Shown: positions 18,155 to 26,895 of the stretch, piece after piece
Layout: every line of letters begins with the position of its first letter
How positions within the stretch are numbered: the first letter of the stretch is position 1
Assembly: GCA_946499835.1 (NCBI GenBank)
Contig: CAMMTJ010000001.1
Location: forward strand, 80,879-144,878
Source of the DNA: an uncultured Bacillota bacterium
Lineage (GTDB): Bacteria; Bacillota; Clostridia; Christensenellales; UBA1242
Direction: 5' to 3'
DNA length: 64,000 bases
The notes under the pieces: generated by a model
What the model was told of the DNA's origin: nothing
Databases searched by the model: none
The model's input: only the letters and a program-made list of their open reading frames with translations
Program-made: the position numbers and the translations under genes

Positions 18155-19467
18155 GACTTATCCTCCTTTCCTCTTAATATTATTTTTATTGGTGTGCCTA
18201 CAAGATCTATTCTTTCCCTGAAACGATTTTCAAGATATCTTGTGTAGGCAAAATTAAAAAGCCTTGCATCATTGACAAAAAAGACAAAGGTTGGTGGATT
18301 GGTTGAAGGTTGAGTCACATATTGTATCTTCCCCCTTCTGCCATTTCGAAATGGTGGCTCATAATTGAGAATAGCGTCATGCAAAATCTCATTGAGAAGC
18401 CCCGTCGTGATTCTTTTGCTGGCATTTGCATACACCTTCTCCACATTTTCCATAATCTGTCCAACGCCAGCGCCAGTGAGAGCAGACACGTAGATTGATT
18501 GGAAATAGTCCATGAAAGCAAGATCTCTTGCAAGCAACTTTTCAAAAGAATTTTTGTCATGCCCTTTTATATCCCACTTGTTGACAACAATCACCGATGG
18601 TTTGCCAGCCTCATGCACAAAGCCAGCAATTCTCACATCTTGCTCGGTGAGTTTTTCCGAACTTCCGTCAACCACAATAAGCACAACATCTGCCTCTTCA
18701 ATGGCGGACATAGTGCGGAGCACTGAATAGCCTTCAATCGATTCTCTTTCAACACCTCTTTGACGACGCAATCCTGCGGTATCAACAAGTGCAAAGTCCT
18801 TTTTGTTGTATTTGAAAGGGACAAGCACGCTGTCACGTGTTGTGCCTTCAACATTGCTCACAACCACACGTTCTTTGCCAAGAAGAGCATTGACGAGTGA
18901 TGATTTTCCCACATTTGGTCTTCCAACAATGGCAATTTTGACCTCTTTGTCATCTTCTGTCTTTTGCACTCTCTCCGGAAAAGAAGCCACAATTTTGTCA
19001 AGCACATCGCCAAGTCCCTTGCTTTGCATCACAGAAAGTGGCATTGGGTCGCCCAGTCCAAGGCTATAAAACTCATATGTGTTTTCAACCTCAAAATTGT
19101 CCAGTTTGTTGACAACCAGAACAACTGGTTTTTTCCTTCTTTTGAGAATAGATGCGACCTCCTCATCAGTCGAAGTGATCCCACTTTTTCCATCGACCAA
19201 GAACACGATAACATCGCTCTCTTGCATTGCAATTTCAGCCTGTTTTTTTATATCTGCTTGAAAAACATCCTCACTTTTTGGGTCAAGTCCACCGGTGTCA
19301 ACAAGCAAAAAGTCATGCCCACACCAATTTGCATCGGCATAAAGTCTATCTCTTGTAACGCCAGGTGTGTCATCGACAATGCTTATTCTTTTCCCACAAA
19401 TTTTGTTGAAAAAAGTGCTTTTGCCAACATTAGGTCTGCCAACGACAGCAACAATAGGTCTGTGCAT
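18151..19467 (-). CDS. der: Ribosome biogenesis GTPase Der (EngA)
   Basis: Two G domains (GRPNVGKST, GRPNVGKSS) and a KH-like C-terminus. Start set at ATG 19467 (SD AAAGGAG). Confidence 0.95.
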   Translation of the reverse strand: MHRPIVAVVGRPNVGKSTFFNKICGKRISIVDDTPGVTRDRLYADANWCGHDFLLVDTGGLDPKSEDVFQADIKKQAEIAMQESDVIVFLVDGKSGITSTDEEVASILKRRKKPVVLVVNKLDNFEVENTYEFYSLGLGDPMPLSVMQSKGLGDVLDKIVASFPERVQKTEDDKEVKIAIVGRPNVGKSSLVNALLGKERVVVSNVEGTTRDSVLVPFKYNKKDFALVDTAGLRRQRGVERESIEGYSVLRTMSAIEEADVVLIVVDGSSEKLTEQDVRIAGFVHEAGKPSVIVVNKWDIKGHDKNSFEKLLARDLAFMDYFQSIYVSALTGAGVGQIMENVEKVYANASKRITTGLLNEILHDAILNYEPPFRNGRRGKIQYVTQPSTNPPTFVFFVNDARLFNFAYTRYLENRFRERIDLVGTPIKIILRGKEDKS

Positions 19468-19574
19468 AAAACTCCTTTTGTTAAATATTAACATATTTGC
19501 CCATTTTTCACAAGCAAATAACTGACCTCAAATATATTTTTTTAACAAAAAAAAGAGGAAAAATATTCTCCTCT

Positions 19575-20075
19575 TTACACAAGTTTTTCTATAACATCAA
19601 GTCTATGTCTTCCCATTTTGCATTCATATCTTGCGAGCATAATATCAAGTGCAATATCACTGCTGTCATATGACCTGTCAAGGTCTGGCAGTTTGCCATC
19701 CTCTTCAAAAGTTTCCACCTCTGCTCTCAATCTTTTATATTCTTTGCGATTTGTTTTCAAAAGCCCAATTTCTTCTCTTATTGACTCTTTCACCTCGCCT
19801 GGCGACAACTCAAACCTTCTTAAATCTTTTATTTTTTCAAAAGAACTGTTTGCAACACTTTTTTGTGCACAATATTCACTATTGTCTTGCCTGAAAACTT
19901 TTATACCTTCTTTATAATTGTCTTCTTGACATCTCAAAAGATGAAAAAAGCGTGCTGACAAACCATATATATCATCTTTGTTTTGAGCATATCTGTCTTT
20001 AAGCCTAAAAACAATTTTTCTTAAATTTCTTGAATCGTTTGTAAATCTTAATGCAAATGACATCAATTTCAACAT
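19575..20075 (-). CDS. Hypothetical cytoplasmic protein (166 aa)
   Basis: ATG with GAGGT SD and its own consensus promoter. Charged and helical-looking; no recognised motif. Confidence 0.7.
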   Translation of the reverse strand: MLKLMSFALRFTNDSRNLRKIVFRLKDRYAQNKDDIYGLSARFFHLLRCQEDNYKEGIKVFRQDNSEYCAQKSVANSSFEKIKDLRRFELSPGEVKESIREEIGLLKTNRKEYKRLRAEVETFEEDGKLPDLDRSYDSSDIALDIMLARYECKMGRHRLDVIEKLV

Positions 20076-20096
20076 TTTTCTCTACCTCATTTGAAA

Positions 20097-20125
20097 ATTA
20101 TACCCCCAAAAAAGTCAAAAGTCAA
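20097..20125 (-). promoter_or_regulatory. SigA consensus-like promoter of the 166-aa gene (and probably der-plsY)
   Basis: Minus strand TTGACT-N17-TATAAT. A second TTGACT lies 7 nt downstream, within the spacer. Confidence 0.6.
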
Positions 20126-20139
20126 TACACAAAATCGCC

Positions 20140-22242
20140 TTATTTTTCATGACGATTACACTTTTTTCCGCATTTGTTTTTGTAGGGACAATACCTTTTC
20201 TTTTTTACCGACTTCCACACAAAAATGACAGAAAAGAGTATAAGCAAGATTGAGCCAACAAATATAAGCACACTCCACAGTCCAAACACTTCAAAAGCAC
20301 GTCCAAAATTGAAGACCACAAAGGCTAAAATATAGGCAACGACAAATTCTATAAGCGCTCCAATGCAAGCCCATTTTTTGCCTATTTCTTTGCACAAAAC
20401 TGAAAATGTGGCAAGGCAAGGAAAATAGAGAAGAGCAAAAACCAGAAAGGCAAGCACGGCAGATTGCGAAGAGAAATGTACAGGGTTTTGTGGATCAAAG
20501 AGTGAAAGCCCAATTGCCAAGCCTTCCACTCCATTGAACATACCAATTGAAGAGACAATGACTTCTTTCGCCACCAAGCCAGCAATAAGGGCAGAAACAA
20601 TCCCCCAACTTCCAAAGCCAAGTGGAGTGAAAATTGGTGCAAGCAACCTGCCAAATGTTTCAAGCATGCTCACTCCGCCACTTTTAGGCGTGTAAGAAAA
20701 AGTTATTGTAAAACTTGAAAGAACCCACACAATGATGTTCATTGCCACAATAAGCGTTCCCACACGTGACAGGAAAAGAAGACAGTTTTGCCAGAGGACA
20801 GAGAACACCCTTTTTGCATTCATCATTCTATAAGGTGGAAATTCTAAGATAAAAGTCTGACCCTTGCTTTTAAGAATAGTTTTTTCAAAAATATAACTAA
20901 GGACTATGGCAACAACAACTCCCAAGAGATAAAGCCCCATAATGACAAAGATGTTTTTTGCCCCAAAAAATGCACCGCCAATCACCGAATAAATTGGAAA
21001 CTTTGCACTGCAACTCATATATGGAGTCAAAAGTCCGGTCTTGATCTTTGCGTTTGGATCGTCCATATTTCTGGCAGTAAGCACGGCAGTCGTTGAGCAA
21101 CCAAACCCCATGAGAAGAGTATAAACACTTTTGCCTGAAAGTCCAATTTTGCCCAAAATATCTTCAAAAATGAAGGCGATGCGTGCAAGATAACCGCTAT
21201 CTTCAAGAAGTGAGAGGAAGAAAAACAGAAGTGCCACTTGTGGCAAAAAAGCAAGGATTGAGCCAAGTCCACCAACTATTGCAACGCTTGTCAGTCCAAC
21301 AATCCATGAGTCGGCACCAAACTGATTGGTCAGGAAAGAGACAAGCGGATCACCAACAAATTTTTCAAGCAGAAAGGATAACCCGTCACTCAACCACGCT
21401 CCGATTGAAAAAAATGTTAGATAAAAGGTAAGCCCAAGCAGTAATAGAAATATTGGAAGAGCAAGAAACTTGTTCATAAAAATCTTGTCAAGTTTGCTTT
21501 TGCCATAGACATTTTGTTTTGCCGAAATATTTTTGCCAAGCACTTTGTCAATAAAGTCAAACCTCGCCTTTGCAATCTCTTCCACTTTGTCAGGGATAGT
21601 TTTATTGTCAAGCCCAAACTTTTTTGCCACCTCGCCATCACCTTCCAAAAGTTTAAGCGTAAAAAACTCTCTCTCTTTCTCTGGAACTTTTTTCATCTCT
21701 TGCAAAGATGCAACCTTTCCTAAATCAAACTTTGCAAGATATGGCAACTTTTTCTTATCTTTCGCTTTGAAAGAAATGATTGCTTTTTTGAGAGGATCAA
21801 GTGCTTTCTTTTTGTCTGCCTGCAAAAGCACAATAGGACAACCCAGTTCTTTTTCAAGTGAAGAAAAGTTGATTTTGCATGCACCTCGCTTGCCCATACG
21901 ATTGACAGCCAAAATACAGTTGCACCCAGCCTCCAAAAGACAAAGGGTGAGATATAAATTTCTCTGCAAATTGTTTTCATCACAAATATTGACAATCAGC
22001 CTATCTCTGTCTTTTAAGATATAGTCTATTGCCACCTGCTCTTCATAACTCAAACTTGTCAGTGAATAAATTCCTGGCAAATCGGCTATCACAATCTCTT
22101 GCCCCTGAAACTTGAAAGAGCCAACTTTTTCCTCAACCGTCACGCCATGCCAGTTGCCCACATGCTCATGCGCACCAGTAAGAGAATTAAAAAGAGTGGT
22201 CTTGCCAGTATTGGGATTGCCAACCAAATTACACTTTATCAT
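20140..22242 (-). CDS. feoB: Ferrous iron transporter FeoB with a Cys-rich C-terminal tail
   Basis: G-domain GNPNTGKTTLFN and a polytopic C-domain. ATGA overlap with feoA. Tail is ...WKSVKKKRYCPYKNKCGKKCNRHEK. Confidence 0.95.
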   Translation of the reverse strand: MIKCNLVGNPNTGKTTLFNSLTGAHEHVGNWHGVTVEEKVGSFKFQGQEIVIADLPGIYSLTSLSYEEQVAIDYILKDRDRLIVNICDENNLQRNLYLTLCLLEAGCNCILAVNRMGKRGACKINFSSLEKELGCPIVLLQADKKKALDPLKKAIISFKAKDKKKLPYLAKFDLGKVASLQEMKKVPEKEREFFTLKLLEGDGEVAKKFGLDNKTIPDKVEEIAKARFDFIDKVLGKNISAKQNVYGKSKLDKIFMNKFLALPIFLLLLGLTFYLTFFSIGAWLSDGLSFLLEKFVGDPLVSFLTNQFGADSWIVGLTSVAIVGGLGSILAFLPQVALLFFFLSLLEDSGYLARIAFIFEDILGKIGLSGKSVYTLLMGFGCSTTAVLTARNMDDPNAKIKTGLLTPYMSCSAKFPIYSVIGGAFFGAKNIFVIMGLYLLGVVVAIVLSYIFEKTILKSKGQTFILEFPPYRMMNAKRVFSVLWQNCLLFLSRVGTLIVAMNIIVWVLSSFTITFSYTPKSGGVSMLETFGRLLAPIFTPLGFGSWGIVSALIAGLVAKEVIVSSIGMFNGVEGLAIGLSLFDPQNPVHFSSQSAVLAFLVFALLYFPCLATFSVLCKEIGKKWACIGALIEFVVAYILAFVVFNFGRAFEVFGLWSVLIFVGSILLILFSVIFVWKSVKKKRYCPYKNKCGKKCNRHEK

Positions 22243-22463
22243 TCAACCATCACCACCTTTGCCACATCACTGCGAAGAGACAAGCAATATCCTCTTATGT
22301 CAACAAGCAGTGCTTTGCCAAGCAGTGACTTTCTTGACAGCACAATTTTCTGTCCCTTTGTCAGCCCAAGTTCCAAAAGCCTGCGTCTGATTTTAACTGG
22401 CGCATTTTCAAACCCTGCGATTCTGTATGGTTTTCCTATTTTTGCTTGCAAAAGATTTTCCAT
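22239..22463 (-). CDS. feoA: FeoA family protein
   Basis: 74-aa SH3-like FeoA sequence, translationally coupled to feoB. Confidence 0.85.
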   Translation of the reverse strand: MENLLQAKIGKPYRIAGFENAPVKIRRRLLELGLTKGQKIVLSRKSLLGKALLVDIRGYCLSLRSDVAKVVMVE

Positions 22464-22509
22464 ACAAAAATGTTATTTTGCTTGTTTCAAGAAAATTCAC
22501 AAATTAAAC

Positions 22510-22535
22510 ATTTTGATTGCTTTGAAAATCAAAAT
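22510..22535. promoter_or_regulatory. 9-bp inverted repeat, candidate metalloregulator (Fur-like) operator of feoAB
   Basis: ATTTTGATT-N8-AATCAAAAT. It overlaps a minus-strand TTGATT-N18-TTTAAT promoter and lies upstream of the nrdR TGcTATAAT. Confidence 0.35.
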
Positions 22536-22564
22536 ATGCTATAATATGTCAAGGAGATAAACAA

Positions 22565-23008
22565 ATGAGATGTATATATTGTGGTTGTGAAGAAAGCAAG
22601 GTTCTTGATTCAAGAAGCACTGACGAATCAAATGCAATCAGAAGAAGAAGAGAATGCCTTAAATGTGGAAAGAGATTTACCACATATGAAACTATTGAAA
22701 CAACGCCTGTTTTGGTCATCAAATCAGACGGATCAAGACAAAGTTTTGACCCATCAAAGATCAAAAAAGGTATTATCAAGGCCTGTGAAAAACGCCCTGT
22801 AAGCGCCCTTCAAATTGAAATGATGGTGACAAATATTGAAAAGAAAATTCAAAACAGCATGCTTCAAGAAATCAGTTCTTCACAAATCGGTGAGATGGTG
22901 ATGGAAGAACTTAAAAAAGTTGATGACGTGGCTTTTGTCCGCTTTGCATCAGTTTACAGAAAGTTTGCAGACGTCACATCTTTCAAAAAACTTCTTGACG
23001 AAATGTAA
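22565..23008 (+). CDS. nrdR: Transcriptional repressor NrdR
   Basis: N-terminal zinc ribbon (CIYCG...CLKCG) and ATP-cone. Confidence 0.95.
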   Translation: MRCIYCGCEESKVLDSRSTDESNAIRRRRECLKCGKRFTTYETIETTPVLVIKSDGSRQSFDPSKIKKGIIKACEKRPVSALQIEMMVTNIEKKIQNSMLQEISSSQIGEMVMEELKKVDDVAFVRFASVYRKFADVTSFKKLLDEM

Positions 23009-23022
23009 AATATTTTAACCAC

Positions 23023-23056
23023 CAAAAAACGCAACATCGGTTGCGTTTTTTATTTT
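23023..23056. terminator. Bidirectional terminator (nrdR / ylmC)
   Basis: AACGCAAC-ATCG-GTTGCGTT flanked by A6 and a T-run. Confidence 0.7.
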
Positions 23057-23337
23057 TTCTTGCTTTGCGACAGTGCATACGGATTTTCTGGCACTCCCTG
23101 CCCACTCAGTTCAACCAAAATCGTGTCTTCACCAATTTTGGTGATACATCCAAATGGTATAAAAAGTTGAGTCGTGCCCTTGAATATATTCCAGCCCGAC
23201 TTTTCACCCGGCACAATGATGCCAAGCACACATGCACTTTGCAAATCAAAAGCGATGTCAACAATATGTCCAAGTCTACGACCATCAAGGACATTGACAA
23301 CTTCTTTGCATCTTAATTCCAAAAATGTTGCTTCCAC
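23050..23337 (-). CDS. ylmC: YlmC/YmxH family sporulation protein (PRC barrel)
   Basis: LRCKEVVNVLDGRRLGHIVD...IPFGCITKIGEDTILVE matches the family pattern. Lies next to sigG. Confidence 0.8.
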   Translation of the reverse strand: MEATFLELRCKEVVNVLDGRRLGHIVDIAFDLQSACVLGIIVPGEKSGWNIFKGTTQLFIPFGCITKIGEDTILVELSGQGVPENPYALSQSKKK

Positions 23338-23375
23338 ATATAAACGTTATGCATATAAAGACAGAATAATTCATT

Positions 23376-24149
23376 TTATGACAAAAAATCTTTTATAGAT
23401 TTTAGCGCATTTTTTTCAAGTCTTGACACCTGTGCTTGACTTATACCTATTTCTTCGCTCACCTCTACCTGAGTTTTGCCAACATAATATCTCATCAAAA
23501 GAATTTCTTTTTCTCTTCCAGAAAGAGTTTTGATTGCATCTTTTATTGACAAATTTTCTTCGATTGCCTCATCGGTATTTTTTGTGTCAGCAATCTGATC
23601 AAGCAGATGAATTGTGTCCACGCCATCTGAATAAATTGGCTCGCTAAGAGAAACTGTCTCACTTATTGCATCAAGTGCAAAAGTGACAGTTTTGAGAGGG
23701 ACATTGATATGCGAGGCAATTTGATCAAGGGTAGGCTCAGTTGCCAAAGATTTTGAAAGTTCTTCTTTTGCCTGCAAAGCCTTGTAAGCCACATCACGCA
23801 AACTTCTCGACACACGCACTGAATTGTTGTCTCGAAGATACCTCTTTATCTCACCCACAATCATAGGCACGGCATAAGTTGAAAAGCGAACATTCAAACT
23901 TTCATCAAAATTGTCGATGGCTTTCATAAGTCCCACGCATCCAACTTGAAACATATCATCAGCCTTATCCCCTCTTGCCCCAAAACGATGAAGGACAGAA
24001 AGCACCAAACGAAGGTTTGCCACAACAAAATAGTCTCTTGCTTTCAAGTCTCCACTTTTGACCTTTTTCATCATTTCCACAAGATCAGCATTTGACACCT
24101 TTGGCAATTTTGAGGTATCCACCCCTGCAATGACAACCTTTGAAGACAT
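23376..24149 (-). CDS. sigG: Sporulation sigma factor SigG
   Basis: Sigma-70 regions 2-4 (DMFQVGCVGLMKAIDNFD, RYYVGKTQVEVSEEIGISQAQVSRLEK). Position downstream of spoIIGA-sigE. Confidence 0.9.
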   Translation of the reverse strand: MSSKVVIAGVDTSKLPKVSNADLVEMMKKVKSGDLKARDYFVVANLRLVLSVLHRFGARGDKADDMFQVGCVGLMKAIDNFDESLNVRFSTYAVPMIVGEIKRYLRDNNSVRVSRSLRDVAYKALQAKEELSKSLATEPTLDQIASHINVPLKTVTFALDAISETVSLSEPIYSDGVDTIHLLDQIADTKNTDEAIEENLSIKDAIKTLSGREKEILLMRYYVGKTQVEVSEEIGISQAQVSRLEKNALKSIKDFLS

Positions 24150-24255
24150 TTCTCTCCCCTCCCATAAGTTTCAAAGACTATCTTTTACTAAGAGGCAAAC
24201 TTCTATTCTGTTATGACAAATTTAGACAAAAAAAGTTGATTAAATATTTTTACAC

Positions 24256-24298
24256 AATAAAAAATAAAAGTGCCAAAAAATATAATTATTGACACTTT
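24256..24298 (-). terminator. Terminator after sigE
   Basis: On minus-strand RNA, a 10-bp stem AAAGUGUCAA/UUGGCACUUU (one G-U pair), 12-nt loop, U-rich tail. Confidence 0.55.
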
Positions 24299-24329
24299 TT
24301 TCAGTTTTAATCAATTTTTTTCAAAAAAA

Positions 24330-25055
24330 TCAAAGTTTTTCGATTTGAACACGCATATCATCAAGAATTTTCTTTTCTATTCTTGAAATATAACTTTGGC
24401 TTATGCCAAGCCTGTCAGCCACTTCCTTTTGCGTGAACTCTTTGTCGCCAACCAGCCCATATCTCAAAAGCATAATCTCTTTTTCTCTTCCTTTAAGTTT
24501 GCTGATCAACGAGCGGACTGTGTGCATGTCAAAATCATCATCAATCATTTTTTCAGATGGATCATCCTCTTGCAAGATATCTGACAGAAGCAGTTTGTTA
24601 CCCTCTTTGTCAACATTGAGAGGCTTGTCAAAACTGACATTTTTTGTCAATTTTGCATCTTTTCTTATTTGCATCAAGATTTCATTTTCAATGCAACGGC
24701 AAGCGTATGTTGCAAGTTTGATGTTTTTCTCCAAACTAAAAGTCTTGACCGCCTTGATAAGTCCAAGCGAACCAATAGATATCAAATCTTCAAATTCAAT
24801 GTTGCAGTTTTTGAACTTCTTTGCAACAAAGACAACAAGCCTGAGGTTGTGCTCAATAAGAAGGTTGAGAGCATTGTCATCCCCTTGCGATTTTGCAGTA
24901 AGAAGTGATTGCTCTTCTTCGGAAGAGAGTGGCTCTGGAAGTTCTGTCGCACCATAAATATAGCAAACAATGCTTTTTGGATCTTGAAATGAAATTTTGT
25001 GAAAAATCTTGTAAAAGAAAAGTTTAATTTTGAAAATAACTTTTTTCATAATCAC
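24330..25055 (-). CDS. sigE: Sporulation sigma factor SigE (pro-sigma-E)
   Basis: N-terminal pro-sequence, YIYGATELPEPLS, and sigma-70 regions. Immediately downstream of spoIIGA. Confidence 0.9.
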   Translation of the reverse strand: MIMKKVIFKIKLFFYKIFHKISFQDPKSIVCYIYGATELPEPLSSEEEQSLLTAKSQGDDNALNLLIEHNLRLVVFVAKKFKNCNIEFEDLISIGSLGLIKAVKTFSLEKNIKLATYACRCIENEILMQIRKDAKLTKNVSFDKPLNVDKEGNKLLLSDILQEDDPSEKMIDDDFDMHTVRSLISKLKGREKEIMLLRYGLVGDKEFTQKEVADRLGISQSYISRIEKKILDDMRVQIEKL

Positions 25056-25058
25056 CTC

Positions 25059-25868
25059 CTATAACAACTCGCCATGAAGCAAAATCTTTTTGCCGAATGC
25101 TTTTTCAAAGCCAGAAAAGGAAAGCCCCAGCATGGCATGAGAAAAACTTTTTTTAAGGCCTTGACCGACAAGTTCCAGACTGCCAACTGAAAATACAAGG
25201 ATTTGCGTTCCACTTGCCACTGTGGAAAGTTTTATGTAGTGTGCGTTTTCAAGCTCTGACAAATCAATTTTTTTTAGCAGTGCGTTCAAGTAATCTATAT
25301 TCTCATACAACTTTGAAAATATGTCGAAATTTATAAGCACAACAGGCTTTTTTGTCACAGGATCATAAAGAAGGTTTCCGCTGTCGAGAAAGCCCTCTTC
25401 TTCAATCTCTTTATCTTTTGCTTTTATCTTGACTTTGAAAGAAAAATTTTCAATTATCTTTTGCCTGTTCCTATAAAAAATAACTGCTTTGAAAGCACAA
25501 AATATGACCACACTTGTTCCGACAACGGCAACAAGTGGCAAACTGCCAAGAGTGGATGAAAGCGCATAGCATCCTCCACCAAACAGAAAAGTCATTGCCA
25601 AAAAAGTGATATATCTATACACAAATTTTTTCAAAGGTTTGACATCAAAAGAGAGGCTCACCATGACAAGTGACAGAAAAACTTGTGCCAAGATTTTTGC
25701 ATATAAAGGCAAATAAAGCCCTGGCATAACAAGAGCAATCGTTGCACCGATCAAACTTGACAAAAACCATAACTTAGGTTTTTCTTTGAAAAAATAACCT
25801 GTAAGAAACAAAATAAACGAGTTCAAAACAAGATTAACAAAAAGCGACAACTCAATATCAATCGTCAT
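25059..25868 (-). CDS. spoIIGA: Sigma-E processing peptidase SpoIIGA
   Basis: Five N-terminal TM helices and the aspartic protease motif GFLDSGNLLYDPVT. Confidence 0.85.
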   Translation of the reverse strand: MTIDIELSLFVNLVLNSFILFLTGYFFKEKPKLWFLSSLIGATIALVMPGLYLPLYAKILAQVFLSLVMVSLSFDVKPLKKFVYRYITFLAMTFLFGGGCYALSSTLGSLPLVAVVGTSVVIFCAFKAVIFYRNRQKIIENFSFKVKIKAKDKEIEEEGFLDSGNLLYDPVTKKPVVLINFDIFSKLYENIDYLNALLKKIDLSELENAHYIKLSTVASGTQILVFSVGSLELVGQGLKKSFSHAMLGLSFSGFEKAFGKKILLHGELL

Positions 25869-25917
25869 TTCTCACCTCACAAAACAAGTATAAATGAGGC
25901 TGGAAAGATAGCAAAAG

Positions 25918-25950
25918 ATTATAAAGTCGAAAAATGTTCAATCATCGCAA
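25918..25950 (-). promoter_or_regulatory. spoIIG-type promoter with over-long spacer and a Spo0A-box-like site
   Basis: Minus strand TTGCGA-N21-TATAAT. TTCGACT (0A box complement, 6/7) lies inside the spacer. Confidence 0.4.
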
Positions 25951-25951
25951 A

Positions 25952-25979
25952 TAAAAAAGAAAGGCTTTTTTGCCTTTCC
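25952..25979 (-). terminator. Terminator after the ANT(6)-like gene
   Basis: GAAAGGC-loop-GCCTTTC followed by a T-run on the minus strand. Confidence 0.6.
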
Positions 25980-25983
25980 AATT

Positions 25984-26838
25984 TTAGTCAAATGATGGCA
26001 CTGGGTATGTGTCAATACCAAGAAGAAGTGCAACTTGTTCTGAAAAATATACAAACGCTTTGCAAAGAGCAAGATATGATTTGTAAATTCCTCTCAAATT
26101 GCCAGCATTATATGTCTTCAAAATGAGACTATATTGTGTTTCTGACAAATACTTTTTCAAAAACTTGTGATTTTTGCCAGTCGAAGGTTTGTCCTGCGTT
26201 GAAAGTGTCACATAATAATCTACCATTTTCATCAGTTCTTTTCTAAGCACGTTGTCAATATGTTCAAGACAATAAAGTTCTTGTTTTCTAAAATAGCCTT
26301 TCAAAACATACAGCGAAACCCACCAAAACTCGTTGCAACAAGCAAGATAGTCCTTCTTGCTCGGCTTTTTGCTCTTCCAAAAATCTTTCGCTTTGAGTTT
26401 TTTAAGCAATCCATTCTTGTCAAGCAAGACTATAAAAGGCTCTTCTTTCATATCGCCATCTTCAAGATGAGAAATTGTGACAAAGTTGAAGTCTATTCTA
26501 TGCCCTTCTTTGTATTGCACCAAGAAATGATATTGATTGGAAGAATTATCCTCACCACCAAAGATCTTGACATTGTCAGGCTCTTGCATGATCATGACTT
26601 TGCCAAAGGTCTCAATCCAAGATTTGTCTTTGATGACTTTTTTTGTGTTTTTGACCACAAAAACAACGTCAAAATCACTATATTTGTCAGTCTCCTTGTT
26701 TCCAGCACGAGAGCCAACCAAATATAACGCCAAAACGTTTTCGTCGTCACGTGCAAACTTTTTGAGTTTTTCTATCATTTCATCACAGAAGGTTTGATAA
26801 CTCTCATCATCTCTTCTTCTCTTGTCAAATATGTGCAT
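25984..26838 (-). CDS. Aminoglycoside 6-adenylyltransferase family protein (ANT(6)/AadK-like)
   Basis: Nucleotidyltransferase N-terminus (LVGSRAGN...SDFDVVFVV) and the strongly characteristic CCNEFWWVSLYVLKG...ELMKM segment of ANT(6) enzymes. Start set at ATG 26838 (SD GGGGTG). Confidence 0.8.
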   Translation of the reverse strand: MHIFDKRRRDDESYQTFCDEMIEKLKKFARDDENVLALYLVGSRAGNKETDKYSDFDVVFVVKNTKKVIKDKSWIETFGKVMIMQEPDNVKIFGGEDNSSNQYHFLVQYKEGHRIDFNFVTISHLEDGDMKEEPFIVLLDKNGLLKKLKAKDFWKSKKPSKKDYLACCNEFWWVSLYVLKGYFRKQELYCLEHIDNVLRKELMKMVDYYVTLSTQDKPSTGKNHKFLKKYLSETQYSLILKTYNAGNLRGIYKSYLALCKAFVYFSEQVALLLGIDTYPVPSFD

Positions 26839-26857
26839 ATTTTCACCCCTTGTCATA

Positions 26858-26892
26858 AGTAAAAAAGAAAAAATCCGCTTCAAAGCGGATTT
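26858..26892 (-). terminator. Terminator after ftsZ
   Basis: AAATCCGC-TTTGAA-GCGGATTT followed by TTTTTTCTTTTTT on the minus strand. Confidence 0.65.
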
Positions 26893-26895
26893 ATG

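Noticed and set aside
22549-22779. 76-aa ORF antisense to nrdR, and a 153-aa ORF (22099-22560 +) antisense to feoA/feoB.
   Set aside because: These are shadow ORFs inside well-supported genes.
24150-24255. Search for a SigF/SigG-type promoter upstream of sigG.
   Set aside because: Candidate -10/-35 pairs (e.g. GAATA…CTTAGTA) have the wrong spacing. I could not support a call from sequence alone.
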